64,000 nucleotides of DNA, taken from positions 2,604,001-2,668,000 of the forward strand of contig BQFW01000001.1 of NCBI GenBank assembly GCA_020891255.1. Reading direction: 5' to 3'. A program made the position numbers and the translations under genes. Of this stretch, positions 1-12,102 are shown one piece after another. The DNA comes from Entomortierella parvispora E1425. Taxonomy: Eukaryota; Fungi; Mortierellomycota. Each line of letters opens with the position of its first letter. Position 1 is the first letter of the stretch. The notes beneath the pieces are model-generated. The model was given only the letters and a program-made list of their open reading frames with translations, made no database searches and was not told the DNA's origin.

Positions 1-1909
1 TGATCGCGATTCGTAGACAACCCTTTCAAAGACCAGCGCGGTTCCATCGAAAGTTCTTACTTTTGGTCCCTTTGGCGCCAAAGGTGATCGGCAAGGCAGC
101 TCATCAGATGCTATGTGGAATACCCAGCTTGAAGGTTGTTGTGGCTACTGAGCTGAGGGACAAGGAGATGGTAGAGGACCATTGGTCGCGTGTTGGCGTG
201 GATTTCGAGGAGCTCAGGTCCGGGATTTGGTTGTTGGTTGTCGAGGTTTCCAGCAGATCTTCCTGCCCTAGCTTTGACGATCAAAAGGTCCTTCGTACGG
301 GTGGCCCTATTTGATGTTCACGAAAAAAAATAGTGGATTTAGCCGCATTGGTAACAACCCCAACCCATACAGGTTGGAGCAGGAAGGGGGATATCAAAGG
401 AATAGACCGGATTGCTGACTGCTGGGAGCGGCTTGAGAGGCAGCGCAACACAAGATTCTCACCCCCGACACAAGAGAGTGCTCCTGCCCATCCCCGACAG
501 AAACACAACTCGAGCATCTTGACCCCCAAACATATCCCAGATAACGTACTAGCGACAAAGGTACTGCTCCCTACTCGCAAGCAAGTAGAGAAAAGAAGCT
601 CAGCTACACGGCCCCACAGCACTCGCTTTGCCCTCATAGCCGGTCCGAACCACCTTCCTTCTCATCCAGCGACGTGTCAAGAATAACAGACCCATCATGC
701 TCCTTGGCCACGACAGAAGGATTCCAAACGAAAGCCGATAGAACTCCGTAAATGAGAATATGCCCAGAAGACAACGCTGGTCCACACACATCCTCACCGA
801 CTTGCAACCTCCCCAAACACCTTGCTGCAAGATCATAACCCAGTGAGAGAAGAACGGGGAACATTTGCAAACGAAACAAAATAAATAGAAACGCGTCTGC
901 CGCTGACCGAAGGTTGAGTACCCCTCCAACACCTCCAAGCGGGAATCCTTAATGACGGGTTGCCGGTGAAGGCAACGCGTTGAAGTCAACTACTCTTCCA
1001 CCAGTCTCCTTGACCTCAACTCCTCCCTGTCGCTGGTCTTGAAAAAGAACCAAGGGAACTTCAAATGGAGGCCTTTTCATTCCATGTCCAGAGACATGCA
1101 AGCAGGGAAATGTAAACAAAGTTCACATGGAAAAGAGAGAGGAGCACCACCTGCATTCTCAAGACCCGACACAGCCATTACTTCTGTTTTCCGCCTGCCA
1201 GAGAGACATTCAGGGGACAATGCCTCTCGTTCTGCGCTTGGAACGTCGTTGAAGCGGTTGAAATGACCAGTCCTTCCCCGAAGCATACCCCTTCAATGAC
1301 GATTGCGCACAATACCGCAGCCGGTTGGCAGCTCCCCGGAGTAGCTGCCTCTCAGCAAGAAACACGATACTTACCTGGGACCACCCCCGGGCTGGGTATC
1401 CCACGGCGGCGACAGCGGAAGAACAGGCGGCCCAAGGTTCCATGGTGGCGAAAGAGGAAGAACAGTGGCACTCGCGTGGACGCGGTCCTTTTGTGCCTCT
1501 TGGCCAGAATGCAAGCCACCGAGCATGAGTCGTCACGTGCATCATCCCTTTCGTCGTTTTCTTTTTGATGGATGCACGCACATCTGTGGATGGAACGAGC
1601 ACCAATCGTCCATCTCGTTTCGAATTGCGGAATGATCTTTTTGCAACGCGCACTGGCGAGCACGACCTGGAGACGCAGCAATCACGATCGAGGAAGATAT
1701 CTACCTGTAATCGTATTTACTGCAGAGCAGCAAGTACGATGGAGGAAGATATCAATTCGTCGCGAGAGATCTCGTTTTTCCATTTCGCGAACAACGGGAT
1801 TGGCGACCAAATTGTGATGTCGCCCATCCATTCCACATGGGGGATCATGATGACCAAAACTCGCGTGTGGGGTATTTCAGTTTATTTTGGGCTCCGCCTT
1901 CTCGATCTG
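1..1909. repeat. Left arm of long inverted repeat (runs off the window start)
   Basis: Reverse complement of 5087-6995. Position 1 pairs with 6995. Mirrored ORFs translate identically. One 1-nt indel near 1026 and about 7 differences in 1691-1909. Confidence 0.97.
99..245 (+). pseudogene. F-box/LRR C-terminal remnant in left IR arm
   Basis: AHQMLCGIPSLKVVVATELRDKEMVED aligns with VHQMLCEMPSLKVFVATMVKDKDIIED of the gene at 1947-3398. No F-box and no full ORF. Confidence 0.75.
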
Positions 1910-1946
1910 GTTACAGGATCCCTGTGATGATCCTATTGGGTCGCGT

Positions 1947-3398
1947 TTAAAAGGATGCTCTACCTTCCAGTGCAGCCTGCAGTTTTGATCTCAAAGAGTC
2001 CTCCAACAGCGGCCAAGCTTCCAGCATCCACTGTATTTCATTTTCGCCTTTGAATTTCTGGACCCAATTGGCACTGCGCAGCCGTCGCAGGTCCTTGAGC
2101 TTATCCAAACCGCCCTCGACCTCAAGCAAGAGCATGTAGCCTTTTTCATCTCTTGGCAAAAAACCCTTCAACACCTCTAGTTTTTTCAATTGACCCACTC
2201 GTGCCAAATACCCCTCAATAGGCAAAGCTCGAACAGATGGGTCCGCTGAAAAGCTTGTAAGAAAAAGTCTCAAGGTGAGCTCCTTGAGGTCCTGACAGAC
2301 CCATGGCCGAGGATCTTCTATTATATCCTTGTCTTTCACCATCGTAGCAACAAAGACTTTTAAGCTGGGCATCTCACAGAGCATCTGATGAACAGCGACG
2401 CACGGTAATCTGACGCAGTTGTTCAAGTTCAAGACTGTGAGTGTTGTCAAATGAGCGGGATTCGTCGTCCGAAGGATCATCCACGATTCTGGGTTAAAGT
2501 TGGTGTAGCTGAGATCCAGACAAAGCAGTCGAACCAAGGATTTCATCAAGAGGCGAAAGGCATTGTTCTTCATCTTCCCTTGATTAAGTGTGATGTCTTC
2601 CAGTTTCCTCCCGAATGTCGAGTCGTTTCGAAAGATTTCTACGAGTTGTTCCATGGGAGAAGTTGCACCATGGGTTTGAACCCATTGTAAGCGAACAAGA
2701 TCCGGGCATTGCTTTACGACCCAAGCACAAAATCCGAGGGCACTCTCAGGTAGATCGAAAGTCAGGCTGAGGCGCTGTACCCGGTTTTTGGAAAGAGGCC
2801 ACTCTACTGTTGGCGCTGCCACCGGTGTTGAGAGGCTGGGGTTAATGCTGTCATGCAAAGAGATTGTTTCGAGACGAGACCAAAGTTTCGGGAAGTGGAG
2901 GATCCATTCAGCAGGGTGCGAACTATGGCCCTGGTTTTCTAGCGTGAGGGATTCTAGTCGTGGACATTCCTCCAGGGCCGCCAGGACGGCGTTGTTTGCG
3001 TCCTGGCCAAGGGTCACGGAACTGATTGTTTGATTATGTTGCTTGATAAAAAGGACCAGTTTTGGGTCGTTAAATAGTTGTCGCCGGTTGAGTCGATAGA
3101 TGGTTAGATTGGCAAGAATGGGAAAAGTCGTTTTACAGCTGGACAACCATAGGACTGAGTCGTAGTCGATAGTGAGCATTCTGATAAGGGACGCGTGCGA
3201 AGGAATTGAGGTCAGAATCGGACTCCCTGACCTGCCAGGGCCATAGAACGTGGTCGCCTCCCAAAGCCCAGGAAGAAGCACGCGGTGCCAGAGTAGGGAG
3301 ACACGCAGACACTCGATCAAAGAGTCGCGACTCAGGAACAGTCCGACAGAGGACAGAATCTCTGGTATGTCGAGCGGATGGATCTTTCTGCATTCCAT
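1947..3398 (-). CDS. F-box / RNI-like LRR protein (intronless, about 483 aa)
   Basis: ATG at 3398 (MECRKIHPLDIPEILSSVGLFL...CLRVSLLWH, F-box-like), then degenerate LRRs and a PRPWVC..L.EL motif. The upstream extension of the tracked ORF runs through a poly-T tract. Confidence 0.85.
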   Translation of the reverse strand: MECRKIHPLDIPEILSSVGLFLSRDSLIECLRVSLLWHRVLLPGLWEATTFYGPGRSGSPILTSIPSHASLIRMLTIDYDSVLWLSSCKTTFPILANLTIYRLNRRQLFNDPKLVLFIKQHNQTISSVTLGQDANNAVLAALEECPRLESLTLENQGHSSHPAEWILHFPKLWSRLETISLHDSINPSLSTPVAAPTVEWPLSKNRVQRLSLTFDLPESALGFCAWVVKQCPDLVRLQWVQTHGATSPMEQLVEIFRNDSTFGRKLEDITLNQGKMKNNAFRLLMKSLVRLLCLDLSYTNFNPESWMILRTTNPAHLTTLTVLNLNNCVRLPCVAVHQMLCEMPSLKVFVATMVKDKDIIEDPRPWVCQDLKELTLRLFLTSFSADPSVRALPIEGYLARVGQLKKLEVLKGFLPRDEKGYMLLLEVEGGLDKLKDLRRLRSANWVQKFKGENEIQWMLEAWPLLEDSLRSKLQAALEGRASF

Positions 3399-3554
3399 GA
3401 TGTCGATCGTGCAATGAATGAACAATAGGCGGCATGTGCGATGGGCAAGAAAGATTATTTGAGATGCGATGCGAAGCAAGGTGTTTGCACTGCCACCATT
3501 GTTCTGGACCGTGGACGACCACTCTCTTTGATCCACACACGTGCAGAATATACG

Positions 3555-3585
<31 letters not shown>

Positions 3586-4420
3586 TTGAACTCCAAGTAC
3601 AGTCTGTGCCACCCAGATGTTTCCGGTCGGTGAAAGGTCCGTGATCAGGCTGTGCGATCAGAACAAGTCGCACACGCTCCTCCTTCCTTCTGGTTATCTC
3701 GCCCAGAAAGCAAAGAACGATCAGGAGGTTGTTGACGAGCAATTGCCTTGCTAGTCCCATTGCTTGACCTTGCTTTCGTTCCCTCTCGTAGCCCCTCCGG
3801 GCTGTGGTTCGTTCGCCGGGTGTACTCAGGCCCGATTTGGTTATTTTTTCATGCCAACACCCTGCTCTCCTTGCTAGCAATAAGAGATAGGATGGAAGGA
3901 CATGCGCCATCTTCCCTTTCAAGAGCTATGCGCAATCTTGCCAGCACAATCTTGCCAGCACAATCCGCGGGTGTTGGATGACGTTCCGAACGCGCGGCCT
4001 CTTCTGATGATCCACAGGGTCTTCTTAAGATGCTCCGCAGCAGTGCCCTCTATCATTTATTTCATATGTGTTTCGATTCTGACAATGGCAAAGCGCACAG
4101 TGTTCACCTAAACCACGCGACTCTGCAGTAGGGCTCGAGTTCTATTTGAGTGCTGCAGATTATCCTCGTTTGGCAAAGCATGGAAAAATTATCAAGGCGA
4201 AGGCGTTCACCTGACGATCTACAATGTTGTCGTTCTCCAAGCGAAATAAAAGGTAGCTCAATTCCCCGGATTTTTTTTTGCTGCCAGCACCACCCCACCT
4301 TTCACAAACCCTCTCATACAACCTTTCTACCACTCTGATCGACAAGTGTGTTGTCAACGCAGGTTTATTCTCTAACATCCGCCAAGTCCATTCCGCAAAC
4401 AACAGACCGCGACAAGAAAA

Positions 4421-4849
4421 ATGGATTCAGTCCATAAACTTAAAGTGTCGTTTCACGGCAACAAGAAATGCTACCTTGTGTATCATTCGATCGTCAATTG
4501 CGAATGCGAGATCTGCGAAGAGTGGACTCGGTACGAGGTCATTGAGTATCCTGACAATAGATACAGTTACGGGGCCATCCCTCTTGAGAGCGCAGGCCAA
4601 GTGCGGACATTTGACATCTGTCAGAACCAAGAGCTGAGGATCAAGTTGGTTCCATGGTCGAGACGGAACAACTCACAGCTGAACGAAGATACCCTGGTTG
4701 TCATGGGCTGTAACCGATCAACCATCTTAAAGGACAGCCTCAAGGTCGATGGTGAAGTCTGTGGTGTATCTCTGGAGAAGTTTCTTCCAGAAGATGCGTT
4801 GGCGAAGGCATTTGGGAGGACCCTCGATCGGCGAATGATCAACCAGTAG
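4421..4849 (+). CDS. Hypothetical 142-aa protein in IR spacer
   Basis: ATG in AAAATGG context and globular-looking composition. No family recognised. Confidence 0.5.
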   Translation: MDSVHKLKVSFHGNKKCYLVYHSIVNCECEICEEWTRYEVIEYPDNRYSYGAIPLESAGQVRTFDICQNQELRIKLVPWSRRNNSQLNEDTLVVMGCNRSTILKDSLKVDGEVCGVSLEKFLPEDALAKAFGRTLDRRMINQ

Positions 4850-5086
4850 CATGGAACACTTGCTCCCAAAGACGGCTTCCCAGTAGCGAGCGAGCCTTCG
4901 ATCAGAAATCCAACATCCAGCCACCTCTTCTCAATTGCAGACACCGCCTCAATACCCAAAATTCATCTTAATACCAAGGCCACACTCTCCTGCAGATATC
5001 AGTTTCCTGTTGATGTCTTTTTCACCTGAGCTACAACTCACAGCGCGTCAGGGCTTGAGACCTCAGTCATAACAAAGATCCGGCAT

Positions 5087-6995
5087 CAGATCGAGGAGGC
5101 GGAGCCCAAAATAAACTGAAATACCCCACACGCGAGTTTTGGTCATCATGATCCCCCATGTGGGAATGGATGGGCGACATCACAATTTGGTCGCCAATCT
5201 CGTTGTTCGCGAAATGGAAAAACGAGATCTCTCGCGACGAATTGATATCTTCCTCCATCGCACTTGCTGCTCTGCAGCAAATACGATTAGAGGTAGATAT
5301 CTTCCGCGATCGTGATTGCTGCGTCTCCAGGTCGTGCTCGCCAGTGCGCGTTGCAAAAAGATCATTCCGCAATTCGAAACGAGATGGACGATTGGTGCTC
5401 GTTCCATCCACAGATGTGCGTGCATCCATCAAAAAGAAAACGACGAAAGGGATGATGCACGTGACGACTCATGCTCGGTGGCTTGCATTCTGGCCAAGAG
5501 GCACAAAAGGACCGCGTCCACGCGAGTGCCACTGTTCTTCCTCTTTCGCCACCATGGAACCTTGGGCCGCCTGTTCTTCCGCTGTCGCCGCCGTGGGATA
5601 CCCAGCCCGGGGGTGGTCCCAGGTAAGTATCGTGTTTCTTGCTGAGAGGCAGCTACTCCGGGGAGCTGCCAACCGGCTGCGGTATTGTGCGCAATCGTCA
5701 TTGAAGGGGTATGCTTCGGGGAAGGACTGGTCATTTCAACCGCTTCAACGACGTTCCAAGCGCAGAACGAGAGGCATTGTCCCCTGAATGTCTCTCTGGC
5801 AGGCGGAAAACAGAAGTAATGGCTGTGTCGGGTCTTGAGAATGCAGGTGGTGCTCCTCTCTCTTTTCCATGTGAACTTTGTTTACATTTCCCTGCTTGCA
5901 TGTCTCTGGACATGGAATGAAAAGGCCTCCATTTGAAGTTCCCTTGGTTCTTTTTCAAGACCAGCGACAGGAGGAGTTGAGGTCAAGGAGACTGGTGGAA
6001 GAGTAGTTGACTTCAACGCGTTGCCTTCACCGGCAACCCGTCATTAAGGATTCCCGCTTGGAGGTGTTGGAGGGGTACTCAACCTTCGGTCAGCGGCAGA
6101 CGCGTTTCTATTTATTTTGTTTCGTTTGCAAATGTTCCCCGTTCTTCTCTCACTGGGTTATGATCTTGCAGCAAGGTGTTTGGGGAGGTTGCAAGTCGGT
6201 GAGGATGTGTGTGGACCAGCGTTGTCTTCTGGGCATATTCTCATTTACGGAGTTCTATCGGCTTTCGTTTGGAATCCTTCTGTCGTGGCCAAGGAGCATG
6301 ATGGGTCTGTTATTCTTGACACGTCGCTGGATGAGAAGGAAGGTGGTTCGGACCGGCTATGAGGGCAAAGCGAGTGCTGTGGGGCCGTGTAGCTGAGCTT
6401 CTTTTCTCTACTTGCTTGCGAGTAGGGAGCAGTACCTTTGTCGCTAGTACGTTATCTGGGATATGTTTGGGGGTCAAGATGCTCGAGTTGTGTTTCTGTC
6501 GGGGATGGGCAGGAGCACTCTCTTGTGTCGGGGGTGAGAATCTTGTGTTGCGCTGCCTCTCAAGCCGCTCCCAGCAGTCAGCAATCCGGTCTATTCCTTT
6601 GATATCCCCCTTCCTGCTCCAACCTGTATGGGTTGGGGTTGTTACCAATGCGGCTAAATCCACTATTTTTTTTCGTGAACATCAAATAGGGCCACCCGTA
6701 CGAAGGACCTTTTGATCGTCAAAGCTAGGGCAGGAAGATCTGCTGGAAACCTCGACAACCAACAACCAAATCCCGGACCTGAGCTCCTCGAAATCCACGC
6801 CAACACGCGACCAATGGTCCTCTACCATCTCCTTGTCCCTCAGCTCAGTAGCCACAACAACCTTCAAGCTGGGTATTCCACATAGCATCTGATGAGCTGC
6901 CTTGCCGATCACCTTTGGCGCCAAAGGGACCAAAAGTAAGAACTTTCGATGGAACCGCGCTGGTCTTTGAAAGGGTTGTCTACGAATCGCGATCA
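5087..6995. repeat. Right arm of long inverted repeat
   Basis: Mirror of 1-1909; 6961-6995 is the exact reverse complement of 1-35. Confidence 0.97.
6751..6897 (-). pseudogene. F-box/LRR C-terminal remnant in right IR arm
   Basis: Mirror copy of 99-245. Confidence 0.75.
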
Positions 6996-7471
6996 AAGTC
7001 GGGAAACACGGATCCGGGCGACTAAGTTGTGGAGATGCCATTGAAACTCTTTCATTATTCTTTGATCAAGTTGCCAAAAAAAAAAAGTCCATGAATCTTT
7101 GGGCCTCCTCTCAGACAATCGACTCTCTTCTTGAAAATATAATATCATAATGTACAGGACGGACCAACAAGCCGGCAGCAGACCATTTCACCTAACTACA
7201 TTTAATGCCAATAAAGTGAAAGACAAATTATGAAATCTTGCCAAGTGCGAAACAAAGATCCATGTCTCGTCAGAAATTGGCAGTGGACAAAGCACCTTGA
7301 AGGATCCTAGATGCCGCCCAAGGTGGCCCCTATAAATAAGTCAGGGCGCAGTGAGGCGATAGCAGTGAGTGGCATCGGTCGAGGAGCTCATGGTGGTGTG
7401 CGTTTAAAGCTATGTTAAACCGTGGTGCCTTCAAAGGGCAAAGAAAACGCAGGGAAGAGAGGGCGGGCGCA

Positions 7472-7502
<31 letters not shown>

Positions 7503-7626
7503 GCAAGGCAAGGCAAGGCAAGGGATGATAGGGCTGTGCAACCTTTGCACCCAAGAGCAGCACGAACACTTTTGCTCATTCCTCCTTTACCTCGCTCATT
7601 CGTCTCTGGATTGCAGGATCGACATC

Positions 7627-9119
7627 ATGGAACGCAAGGTCCATGTACTCGACATTCCAGAGATTCTTTCCTCTCTTGGACAGTTCCTAAGTCGCGACTC
7701 GTTGGTCAAATGTTTTCGTGTCTCCAAACTATGGCACCGCGCCCTTTTCCCTTGGCTTTGGAAGATGACGACGTTGAGTAGATACGGTGAGGACGAGGGC
7801 CCGACTCTTTCCTTAATTCAAAAGAACAGATTCTTCATCGACACTTTCACTATCGACTGCCCCTCCTTTCCTAAAATGGCCAGCGACAAGTTCACGTTCT
7901 CCATTCTTGCCAACCTGACCATTTATGACACCACCAACTCGGGTCAACAGTTTGACAATCCCGCCCTGGTCTAGTTTATCCAACAGAACAAGCAGACGCT
8001 AAAGTCTGTGGCCCTCGGCAACCCTGTAGACGACACTGTCCTGGAGGCTTTGGGGGACTGCCCGCGTCTGGCATCTCTCAAGCTAAAAAATCACGGCAAT
8101 ATCCTGGATCGAGCACAATGGGGTCGCCACTTGGAGCGGCTGTGGTGGTCTAGTCTTCATACACTCGCCTTGGCGGATGGCAATGCCTTTAGCCTATCGA
8201 AACCAGCGACCGCAATCACAACGGAAGGGCATCCATTCGAAGGACCCAGTCGGATCCAGGAGCTATCTCTGCTCTTGAATTACACAGTGAACAATCACCA
8301 ATTTTCTATCTGGATTGTAAAGCAGTGTCCGGATCTAGTTCGACTCAATTGGATCTATGATGAAAAAAGTAGACATGAGCCCTTGGAGCAACTCGTTGAA
8401 ATCATGCGAAGCGATCCAACATTCGGCAGGAAGCTGGAAGAGATCTCGTTTAATCTAACAAGATTTAAGAATGAATCTTTTCAGTTCTTGATTCGATCCT
8501 TGGGTCGGTTGCGCTGTCTGGCTCTGGGGTTTAGTAACTTTGACCATGACTCTTGGACGATCCTTCGGACAACGAGACCGGCTAGTTTGGAAGCCATGAC
8601 GGTCTTGAACCTGGATTATTGTAGACAACTGCCCTCCAAAGATGTTCACCAGATGCTCCGTGAGATGCGTAGCCTGAAAGTGTTCGCGGCCATGGCGGTG
8701 GAGGATAAGGAGATGATGGTGGATCCCCGGCCTTGGGTCTGTGAGGACTTGGAGGAGCTCACGTTGCATTTGTTTTGTCGCTGACAGATCTCCCATTGGA
8801 TCCGTCCATTCGAACTTTGGCCATCCAATGGAACCTGGCACGGGTGAGCCAACTGAAAAGACTGCAGGTGCTGCGTCGGTTTTTGCCGATGTATGAACAA
8901 GCTTCCATCCTTTTGCTGGAAGTGGAGGGTGGGTTGGATATGTTGAAGGATCTGCGACAGCTACGAGGCGCTTATTGGGCGTGCCAATATAGGAACGAGG
9001 ACATAGTCCGGTGGATCCTCAAGACTTGGCCAGGGTTGGAGCCACCGCTGCGGCGCAAACTGCATGCCATTATGGTTCGTTGCATATATCTCAGAACCAG
9101 ACCAGATAAAATCCTCTAA
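7627..9119 (+). pseudogene. F-box/LRR paralogue of 1947-3398, disrupted
   Basis: MERKVHVLDIPEIL start. In-frame TAG at 7972-7974 where the paralogue has Leu. A 1-nt frameshift near 8775 is followed by continued homology (LLLEVEGGLD.LKDLR.LR). Confidence 0.85.
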
Positions 9120-9879
9120 TGAGTAGAACCCTTTGGTCCTGTTTGTATCGTGCCAGAGGATACCCGTCAAGAAAATGGAATGGGTATCTGTTTTAGAGGG
9201 TCTGCGTTTGTTTTAAGTGCATGCAGCGTGTCAATACCCAGACTGATACTTGACTTGATTCTCCTTCAAGTTCAGCTTCTGTACTATGTTGATGATAGCC
9301 TGGTTCACGGCTCCCTTTTTTTTTTTTTTTTTTTTTTGCGGAGGGAATATCATCTCCAGAGGCTGAGATCCACGGAATTTTGCGCTCTGAGGCCTGTAGG
9401 GGCGATAGAGACGGACGTCCGACTTCCGAATACAAAGAACGCCATCCATTCTTAGAATGGCCCACTTTGCAGAGATTGCAACCAACAGGGCAGAGGAACG
9501 CGTTCCTCCTTCACGTGTGCCCCGCACGATGCATCCTCCAAGGATACAAAGATCAACTTCCGGATCGATAGTTATGACATGGAAATGATAAGCAAGGGGA
9601 ATGAATACTCGTGTCTTTTTTTTTTTTTTTTTTGGATATGTGCAGCAAGTTGTACTTGAATCTCCTTTTCCCTTTTCCCGTCTATGTTGCCACTGTTATC
9701 TCATCTTCAACACGCACGCACATCCCGACTCATAGCCAAAGTCTTACGGCAAAGGGAGCAGTGCTCCAAAAGTAGTAGAGAGTGAACAGAGGGTAAATTT
9801 GTATTTACAAAAAACAAACAACAAAAAAAAAAAAAAATGGTCTAAGTAGAAGAGGTTTGGGTCATTAAATAGTTGCAGC

Positions 9880-12102
9880 CTACGCATGCTCCTGGTTCTG
9901 AAGAGCGCGGACAAGGGTCACGATAACCGTAATGTCATCGATTTTTCTATTAGATAAAAAGGAGAGAGAGAGAGAGAGAGATACGCGGTTAGGAATCGAA
10001 AGAGGTAACCTGGACTTTCAATTTCAAAATGACAGGGGAGAAATAACATACCCTCCAGATCGAATGTGTCGCGCAGATTGACTAAAGGGCGTGCGTCTCT
10101 TTTGGTCTAGCGAAAACCGTCTGGCGGTGTTGGTCAAACGCTGAGAGAGCGCCCGCACTCGTCCCACCGTGTCCTCGACCGAGAGAGCACCCTTCTTGCC
10201 CTCCTTGCTCTGCTGAATGATATCGCCCAATTCGCGTTCGACCAATTCGATGGCCTCCTTCGTGAACACATTGTCCCAGAAACCATCCGTCGCCAGCACG
10301 ATCACATCGCCGTCCTGCAATTGATGGCTGGTCTGAGCCGCGTCCTTGGGCATATCCATCACATGCTGCTTCGCGCCTGGGTAACCTGGTGGCAAGACCG
10401 TGAGCTGATAAGGGCAGTTCCAGAAGTGTTGCTGAGAGGGCGATTCGTAAATACATTTGTTGTCACGGATCAAGAGGAAGGCACTGTCGCCCAAATTGGA
10501 GGCCCTCAAGGTTCCTGTCACCTTGCAGAGAGAGAGGATGCATGCTGTACTTGATCCTGTTGACACCGGAGAATATTTTTGGAAAGGAGAACAACAAAAA
10601 GAAAAAAAAAAAATAAGAATGGGCACGCGACGCGAGGTGACTGGTGTTGGTTTCACCAAGGTGGGAATGTCCAGAAGTCCAGACTCTCGAAAAAGGGCAA
10701 AAAAAATCTTCCCACGTGTGATAAATATCCATTGTGCAGTACCTGCTTCGACCTTGCCGCTTTGAACTAGCTCGCTGTAGGCACCATCCAAGATGGACTG
10801 AGCGTCTAGGGGAATCTTACTACGAGCTGCATGGGCTCCTGCATCCTTGCTCTCCGAATGATCCACGTCCGTTAACCGTGCCACAGCCTCAGCATTGTCC
10901 ATCAATGCCCAGCTGAAAAGTGCAGGGTCAACTCCGACCTAAACGACCCAAAAAAGAATGATGGTCAAAGGTCAACATCTGCAGGAATTTTGCCAATCCC
11001 TCTCTGTGCAACCGCGGTCCTGTTTGTCGTAATCGAAACACATGGAAACTCATGCGGTGATGCAATGCAGGCGGGAACTTGTGTGCCCACAGGGACGGCA
11101 ACTCATCCTGCAAAACACGATCGCCCATGACATCCTGAGGACCTCACAGACTTGAGAGGCGATTCCTGTTATTCCACATCAAGCCATTGGGGTTGTGGTC
11201 GCTCGTTCCTTTGGCATTGTGTTCACAATCCTTGTTCCTTGACCCCTCCCCCGTGTCCTGTCCCTGTCATTAAGCGAGCCCTTTGTTTTGCTGATCCAAT
11301 CCACCTGGGAAAATAATTGAACGTGAGATTTAATCATCCGGTTTGTGGAGAAACTCACCTCTGACCAACCACCGACTCCATCGGCTACACCGAGAGCGAC
11401 TCTGCTTGGGGTGGACACATGGAAGAAGGCATCCTCGCCTGCGTCCACCTTGCCGGCTCTCAGCTTTTGCTTCCACCACTTGGGGTTGCCTTCGCCTTGC
11501 TCTGGATCCTCGTCCTCTTCTGAAGCCGAGGAAGAAGTAGGGAAGGGTGGCCTTGTAGGAGGAAAGGGACTTCTCTGGCGAGACTTTGGGTGCCAAGACG
11601 CCGCCAAAAGGTAGTTGAATGCCACTGCAGATCCTGGGACCGGTGGTGCTGGGGCCGCTGCAGTTGTGGGGGCTCCAGAGGCAGCGGATACCTCGGGAGC
11701 GGCAGTGGCCGCGGCAGAAGGACTTGGATTTGACTCTTCTTTGGCGTGTTTTTTAGTAGGATGAGGTGGGGCGACCTGGGGCTGGACGTGATGGGTCTGC
11801 TGCTGCTGTTGCTGTAATGAGGTCGCTGAAGTGTGGACCTGGCATGTCCCGGACGATGGCGAAGGTAGCGAGGAAGGCGATACTGCAGAGAGGGGAGAAG
11901 ACGACGAGAGGTCGAGAGAGGAGTGATTGGGCGTGGAGACAAGCAACTGGGGGGCCATAGTGATGTACCGCTGCATGTGCATGGTGCTCCCGAATGGTCT
12001 TGTGATCCAGTGGGCTATCCGATGGGACCTGGCGGTGCTGTAGACGGCGGCGATGCGCGCGGGGGTGATCCCGAATGGACGGGCTGCATTCCTGCCCAGC
12101 AT
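9880..12102 (-). CDS. PTC7: PTC7-like PP2C protein phosphatase, 4 exons (12102-11359, 10938-10743, 10556-10052, final exon to 9880)
   Basis: Motifs GEDAFF, GVADGVGGW, GSSTAC, NLGDS, QQHFWNCPYQL, ATDGFWDN and GKIDDITV. GT-AG introns restore the frame. Transit-peptide-like N-terminus. Confidence 0.9.

Noticed and set aside
959-976. Palindrome GTTGCC-N6-GGCAAC in the IR arms
   Set aside because: The spacer is too long for a canonical X-box, and a 6-bp stem is expected by chance.
1367-1530. U1 snRNA gene
   Set aside because: Only the first 12 nt match. The U1-70K loop, the U1A loop and the Sm site are absent.
1039-1927. Many short mirrored ORFs in the IR arms
   Set aside because: No protein-like features or recognisable motifs. 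They recur only because the arms are duplicated.
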